A stretch of DNA of 64,000 nucleotides from Prochlorococcus sp. AG-679-M23 (GTDB lineage Bacteria > Cyanobacteriota > Cyanobacteriia > PCC-6307 > Cyanobiaceae), in assembly GCA_003208875.1 (NCBI GenBank), contig QCUR01000001.1, positions 358,117 to 422,116 of the forward strand, written 5' to 3'. The notes beneath the pieces are model-generated. The model saw only the letters and a list, made by a program, of their open reading frames with translations. It was not told the origin of the DNA and made no database searches. This document shows, one piece after another, positions 58,967 through 64,000 of this stretch. Both the position numbers and the translations under genes were made by a program. Position 1 is the stretch's first letter, and every line of letters starts with the position of its first letter.

Positions 58967-59766
58967 AAGCTAACCTCAGTTTTTGTGTTTTTGTTAAACC
59001 AATCTTGGTAGTCAGATTCTTCTTCAACTATTATTGAAGCTCTCATCCCCCCGTGATAAGGGCCACATAATTCCGCACATATTATTGGATATTTTCCAAC
59101 TTTAGTAGGAGTGAAATTTAATATCGTAGGTTGGCCAGGAATAATATCTTGTTTTATTCTGAATTCTGGCACCCAAAAAGCATGAATTACATCTTTTGAT
59201 TCCATCTTCATAGAAACTTTGCGATCAACTGGAACATGAAGCTCCCCAGAAATAAATTCCCCTTTCGGATAATTAAATAAAAAGGCAAATTGCATAGCTG
59301 AAACTTCAACAGATAAATTATTGCTAGCAACCTCATTATTTGATGCCTGGCTGATTCCAGCCCATATCTTTTCTGTGTTGGCGGTCATCATTTCATGGCT
59401 ATGATTTAGTTCTTTCATACCTCCCATTCGATCGTAAATGTTGTAGCTATATAAACCTATTATTAAAACAATAATAGATGGGATAATTGTCCATACAATC
59501 TCTAGGGTTAAATTACCTTCTAAAGCTATCCCATCTCCATATTGATCTTTTCTTTTTCTGAATTTAAATAAACTATATATAACGGCTATGGTCATTCCTA
59601 TGAAAATTATTAATCCAATGATAAAAAGAATTTTAAAAAGTTCATCATAAATTGGAGCATTTATACTAGCTTCGGCAGGGAGTAAGTTAACATTAAATCC
59701 GATCCAAAAAGATATACCAAATACAGCGGAAATTATAAGAATTAAATAAAAGTTTTTATTTAACAA
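58963..59766 (-). CDS. ctaC: Cytochrome c oxidase subunit II
   Basis: DVIHAFW, CAELCGPYHGGM CuA motif. Confidence 0.97.
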   Translation of the reverse strand: MLNKNFYLILIISAVFGISFWIGFNVNLLPAEASINAPIYDELFKILFIIGLIIFIGMTIAVIYSLFKFRKRKDQYGDGIALEGNLTLEIVWTIIPSIIVLIIGLYSYNIYDRMGGMKELNHSHEMMTANTEKIWAGISQASNNEVASNNLSVEVSAMQFAFLFNYPKGEFISGELHVPVDRKVSMKMESKDVIHAFWVPEFRIKQDIIPGQPTILNFTPTKVGKYPIICAELCGPYHGGMRASIIVEEESDYQDWFNKNTKTEVSL

Positions 59767-59978
59767 TTGATGTAAAAAATGTTATTTATATTTTCAACAT
59801 ATTCAATTTTTTTAATTTTGCATTGTTTGTTAATGGAAAATTATTGAAATTTACAACTTCTTAAGATTTTTAAAAAAAAAGAAGTATTATTAACAACTTT
59901 TTATAGGTTTATGTCAGGAAAAAAAGATTAAAAAAACAAATAAATTTTAAAAATTAAACATTTACTTTTAATTAATGT

Positions 59979-60953
59979 TTGATATTTGAATCTAAATTAA
60001 TATGCAGAAAAAGAACTTTGAATAATTTGTTCAAAAACGAAATATATCAATCAAAATACAAGTCAGTTTTTCTGAAATTGGGAATCCATTGCGTTTTGGC
60101 CTTAATAGCTTTAATAGTTATTGGAGGAGCTACTAGGGTGATGGAGGCCGGTCTTGCTTGTCCTGATTGGCCCTTATGTTATGGGACTTTTCTTCCCCTT
60201 AATCATATGAATTTAAGAGTTTTTCTAGAATGGTTTCATCGTTTGGATGCTTTCCTAGTAGGGCTGTTAATTCTTTCTGAATTCATACTTTCAATAGTTT
60301 GGAGAAAAGATCTTCCAAATTGGTTACCAAAAACTTATTCATTATTAGTCTTCTTAGTAATTGTTCAAGGCTCTATTGGAGCATTGACAGTAATTAATTT
60401 ACTTAATTCCTACTCAGTTACTGCTCATCTTTTGACAGCTTTTTTACTCCTAATAACAACAATAACCATCAATCAAAATCTAGAAAATAATGGGGCTAAT
60501 AAATCATTGACTTGGTGGAAGATATTATTATTTTTCCCTCTAATACTCACTTTAGTTCAATCTTTTATTGGAGTAAGGCTTTCATCAACTTGGTCTGCAC
60601 ATCTCTGCTTATCTTTTAATAAACAATGTTTAATTTTAGATACTCATAAATTATTTGCTATCCCAATTTCTATTTCTATTTTATTTATTTTGGCTATCTC
60701 AATATATAAACAAGATTTGTTCCAGAATAATTGGAGATACCTTTGCTCACTTTTTTTGCTTTTGATTTCCCAGGTTGTTCTAGGAGTATTAAGCCTTAGA
60801 ACTAATTTAAGTGAACCTCTTTTTGTTATTGGTCATCAACTTAATGCTTCTTTGTTAATTGCGACCCTAACATCATTGATTTTTAGAAATCCTTACCTAA
60901 ATAAAAAAATCAATCAACCATTTAATTCAGTAATAGTAGGTTTAAACTCATGA
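59979..60953 (+). CDS. ctaA: Heme A synthase (start uncertain, possibly TTG 60018)
   Basis: GGATR...[18 protein letters not shown]. Confidence 0.92.
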   Translation: MIFESKLICRKRTLNNLFKNEIYQSKYKSVFLKLGIHCVLALIALIVIGGATRVMEAGLACPDWPLCYGTFLPLNHMNLRVFLEWFHRLDAFLVGLLILSEFILSIVWRKDLPNWLPKTYSLLVFLVIVQGSIGALTVINLLNSYSVTAHLLTAFLLLITTITINQNLENNGANKSLTWWKILLFFPLILTLVQSFIGVRLSSTWSAHLCLSFNKQCLILDTHKLFAIPISISILFILAISIYKQDLFQNNWRYLCSLFLLLISQVVLGVLSLRTNLSEPLFVIGHQLNASLLIATLTSLIFRNPYLNKKINQPFNSVIVGLNS

Positions 60954-61948
60954 AAAGTAATTTAGAAAACTTAAATTTCCAGACTTCAATTCGTGAACAA
61001 GTTGTACCTTCAAGAAAAAAAGTAAAACTACCTGCGTGGCTTGAAGTTGCCAAGCCTAGGTTGATTCCATTATTACTAGCTACAACTTTAGGAGGTATGG
61101 CATTAACGGAAGAATGGCCTTTATCCTCTCCTAAGCTTATATGTACTTTAGGGGGAGGTGCCTTGGCAGCCGCGGCAGCTGGAGCGCTTAATTGTTTGTG
61201 GGAAATGGACCTAGATAAGAGGATGAAAAGGACAAGTAATAGAGCTTTACCCTCAGGTAAATTGTCATTTAATACTGTTTTTTTAGGTGCAGTATCTTGT
61301 ACATTGGCAGCTGCAATGCTTTTGATAAGTGGGGTAAATTATTTAGCTGCTGGTTTAACATTGTTGGGATTATGTAGTTATGTGATTTTATATACGATAA
61401 TTCTTAAACCAAGAACAACTCAAAATATTGTTTTTGGTGGTGTTGCAGGAGCCATACCTCCTTTAGTAGGAGCTTCGGCAGCCACCGGTCATATAGGACT
61501 TAGTGGTTGGTGGTTATTTAGTTTGGTAATGCTTTGGACCCCAGCTCATTTTTGGGCTCTTGCAATTTTATTAAAAGATGATTATGCGTCTGTAGGTATA
61601 CCTATGCTCCCTTCCGTTAAGGGTTCGGCTTTTACCGTCAAAGCTATTTCTCGCTACGGATGGGCAACTGTTTTTATGAGTATTCTTGGTGTTTTTGCTT
61701 TACCTGAGGGAGGCCTTCTTTATTTGATAATGCTTTTACCTTTTAATGGAAGACTTTTACAATTAATAAATAGATTGAAAAGTTCACCAGACGATTTAGA
61801 AAAAGCTAAAGGATTATTCAGATGGTCAATACTTTATATGTTTGGTATTTGTCTTTTGCTATTGATTTCAAGAACTCAACTTTCAGTGGATTTCGAACAT
61901 CAGTCTATGCAAATGTTCTTATCATTAAAGTCATACTTTAATTATTAG
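60950..61948 (+). CDS. ctaB: Protoheme IX farnesyltransferase
   Basis: [23 protein letters not shown]. Confidence 0.95.
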   Translation: MKSNLENLNFQTSIREQVVPSRKKVKLPAWLEVAKPRLIPLLLATTLGGMALTEEWPLSSPKLICTLGGGALAAAAAGALNCLWEMDLDKRMKRTSNRALPSGKLSFNTVFLGAVSCTLAAAMLLISGVNYLAAGLTLLGLCSYVILYTIILKPRTTQNIVFGGVAGAIPPLVGASAATGHIGLSGWWLFSLVMLWTPAHFWALAILLKDDYASVGIPMLPSVKGSAFTVKAISRYGWATVFMSILGVFALPEGGLLYLIMLLPFNGRLLQLINRLKSSPDDLEKAKGLFRWSILYMFGICLLLLISRTQLSVDFEHQSMQMFLSLKSYFNY

Positions 61949-61981
61949 ATTGATGTAAAGTATTAGAGGATAAATTCTAGT

Positions 61982-63001
61982 TTGATGAATTATATACAAA
62001 TTACGGATCTTTCAAAATCCTATTCTGATATTAAGGCATTAAAAGATTTATCAATGGAAATTAATGCTGGTACATTATTTGGAATCTTAGGTCCAAATGG
62101 TGCGGGTAAGTCTACTCTCATAAAAATACTAGCTACTTTAGTAGAACCAGATGGTGGTGAGGTTTTTGTAAATAATATCAATTTAATTAAAAATCCAAGA
62201 AAAATTAGAGAATTAATTGGTTATGTGGCTCAAGATATTGCTCTCGATAAAATCCTTACAGGGCGTGAGTTATTAGATTTTCAGTCGGATTTATATCATA
62301 TGAATAAAAAGGAAAAATACGAAAGAATAAAATTATTAATAAATCAATTAGAGATGAATGATTGGATTGATAGAAAATGTGGAACATATTCAGGAGGAAT
62401 GAAAAGAAGAATAGATTTGGCTGCAGGCCTTTTACATTTGCCCAAAGTTTTAATATTAGATGAACCAACGGTAGGTTTGGATATTGAAAGTAGAAATATA
62501 ATTTGGCAACTTTTGAAAGATTTGAAGAATGATGGCATGACAATTATTTTGAGTAGTCATTATCTTGATGAAATAGATAAATTAGCCGATAGTTTGGTAA
62601 TAATTGATGATGGGAAAGTTATAGCTCAAGGAACACCTGCTCAACTTAAAAATAAATTAGGAGGAGATAGAATAACCTTAAAAGTAAGAGAATTTAGTAA
62701 TCATGAAGAGTCTAAAAAAATAAGTGAAATTTTATCCTCAATCAATGGAATCAGTCAGATTATAATAAATAAGGCGCAAGGTTATTCAATTAATTTTGTA
62801 GTAGATAAGGAAAAGGATTTGCTCACAAAACTAAAAGTAGAATTAGCTTTTTCAAAGTTTGAAATTTTTTCTCTCGCGCAAAGTCAACCTAGCTTGGATG
62901 ATGTATATCTACAGGCGACGGGCAAAACATTATTAGATGCTGAAATTTCCATGACTGGTAAAAGAGATCTAAAAAAAGAATCGAAGCAATCAATGAGATA
63001 A
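61982..63001 (+). CDS. ABC-2 exporter ATP-binding protein
   Basis: GPNGAGKST, YSGGMKRR, LDEPTVGLD. Confidence 0.93.
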   Translation: MMNYIQITDLSKSYSDIKALKDLSMEINAGTLFGILGPNGAGKSTLIKILATLVEPDGGEVFVNNINLIKNPRKIRELIGYVAQDIALDKILTGRELLDFQSDLYHMNKKEKYERIKLLINQLEMNDWIDRKCGTYSGGMKRRIDLAAGLLHLPKVLILDEPTVGLDIESRNIIWQLLKDLKNDGMTIILSSHYLDEIDKLADSLVIIDDGKVIAQGTPAQLKNKLGGDRITLKVREFSNHEESKKISEILSSINGISQIIINKAQGYSINFVVDKEKDLLTKLKVELAFSKFEIFSLAQSQPSLDDVYLQATGKTLLDAEISMTGKRDLKKESKQSMR

Positions 63002-63055
63002 AAATAATAAATTTTTTGATAATTAATTATAATGATGATTAAAAGTTCTTAAATA

Positions 63056-63880
63056 ATGGAATTAAAACAATATAATTTATTTTTTTTATATCAAGAAACT
63101 GTTGCTTTAACCAAAAGATTATTTATCCAACTAAAAAGAAGACCCTCTACTCTATTAGCGGGCATATTGCAACCTATAATTTGGCTCTTTTTATTTGGAG
63201 CTCTTTTCTCAAAAGCTCCTGAAGGTTTTCTACCAGGAGTTGATTCTTATGGAAATTTTTTGGGAGCAGGACTAATTGTTTTTACTGCTTTTAGTGGAGC
63301 GTTGAATTCAGGCTTGCCTTTAATGTTTGATAGAGAGTTTGGCTTTTTAAATAGGTTACTTGTCGCACCTCTAGCGAGTAGATTGTCTATTGTTTTATCC
63401 TCATTCTTTTACATAACTATTCTGAGTTTTGTTCAAAGTATTGTGATAATGATAGTTTCATTTGTTTTGGGTTATGGATGGCCTGACTTTTATGGGTTAG
63501 GAATTGTTTTTACAACATTAATACTATTAGTACTCTTTGTGACATCAATAAGCCTCTGTTTGGCTTTTGTTTTGCCTGGTCATATTGAATTAATTGCTCT
63601 TATATTTGTTATAAATTTGCCTCTTCTTTTTGCAAGTACTGCGTTAGCACCCATTTCTTTTATGCCAAATTGGCTAGGGTGGTTAGCCTCCTTAAATCCA
63701 TTAACTTTTGCGATTGAACCTATCAGGATTGCTTATACTCAAACTATGAATTTAGACGTGGTGGCTTTACACGCACCATATGGTGACTTAACTTGTAAGA
63801 GTTGTATCTCAATTTTATTTTCTTTAACAGTTTTTTCTTTAATTATTATTAGACCACTGTTAAATAGAAAATTAAATTAA
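63056..63880 (+). CDS. ABC-2 exporter permease
   Basis: Six TM segments; DREFGFLNRLLVAP, NPLT. Confidence 0.92.
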   Translation: MELKQYNLFFLYQETVALTKRLFIQLKRRPSTLLAGILQPIIWLFLFGALFSKAPEGFLPGVDSYGNFLGAGLIVFTAFSGALNSGLPLMFDREFGFLNRLLVAPLASRLSIVLSSFFYITILSFVQSIVIMIVSFVLGYGWPDFYGLGIVFTTLILLVLFVTSISLCLAFVLPGHIELIALIFVINLPLLFASTALAPISFMPNWLGWLASLNPLTFAIEPIRIAYTQTMNLDVVALHAPYGDLTCKSCISILFSLTVFSLIIIRPLLNRKLN

Positions 63881-63887
63881 TAAATTT

Positions 63888-64000
63888 ATGTTTTTAAAAG
63901 ATCATCTAAAAGATACTTACCACAAAGCATCTTTTGATAATAATCATTTGATGTTAGAAAATATAATTAATGTATGGGCACATAGGTTTGGACCTGAATC
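63888..64000 (+). CDS. Hypothetical protein, truncated by the window end (MFLKDHLKDTYHKASFDNNHLMLENIINVWAHRFGPE...)
   Basis: Open frame from ATG 63888 to the end of the window. Confidence 0.55.
   Translation, partial: MFLKDHLKDTYHKASFDNNHLMLENIINVWAHRFGPE

Noticed and set aside
4870..62543. Short antisense or out-of-frame ORFs in the track (e.g. 4870..5091, 6302..6535, 6636..6998, 9025..9225, 10618..10857, 11111..11425, 18451..18711, 20324..20542, 25011..25277, 31102..31419, 43055..43465, 50906..51271, 58290..58538, 62256..62543)
   Set aside because: They lie within or largely overlap well-supported genes and show no family motifs; they are shadow ORFs.

Overview
AT-rich (roughly 30% GC by eye) cyanobacterial chromosome segment. 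Gene content and order (aroQ-miaE-cobI-der-pipX-pipY-sepF-proC ... rpsD, murE, lepA, chlG, ndhB, topA, ctaCDE/ctaAB) point to a high-light Prochlorococcus; the strain cannot be determined here. Positions ~3.8-64 kb are mostly core genome, with a small accessory patch at ~35.5-38.7 kb around a photolyase. Positions 1-3544 are the end of a genomic island at the 3' end of a tRNA-Tyr/tRNA-Thr pair. The island holds a truncated, GC-richer integrase remnant and tightly coupled small ORFs, several missed by the ORF track and two broken by in-frame TGA codons. It also holds three copies of a 42-47 nt gene-leader element: a quasi-palindromic core ATTGACRKTYGRTCTAAARTW, a hairpin, then T6-8 and ATG. This element and the cassette-like micro-gene array are the best candidate for an undescribed system. 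Also notable are a glutamine-II (Downstream-peptide) riboswitch with an NtcA box before a DUF4278 peptide, a DeoC homologue lacking its catalytic motif, an apparently Fe-S-less PhrB/CryB-type photolyase, an ArsM-like methyltransferase and a lipoprotein with a 93-bp tandem repeat. All family assignments come from motif recognition, not database searches.
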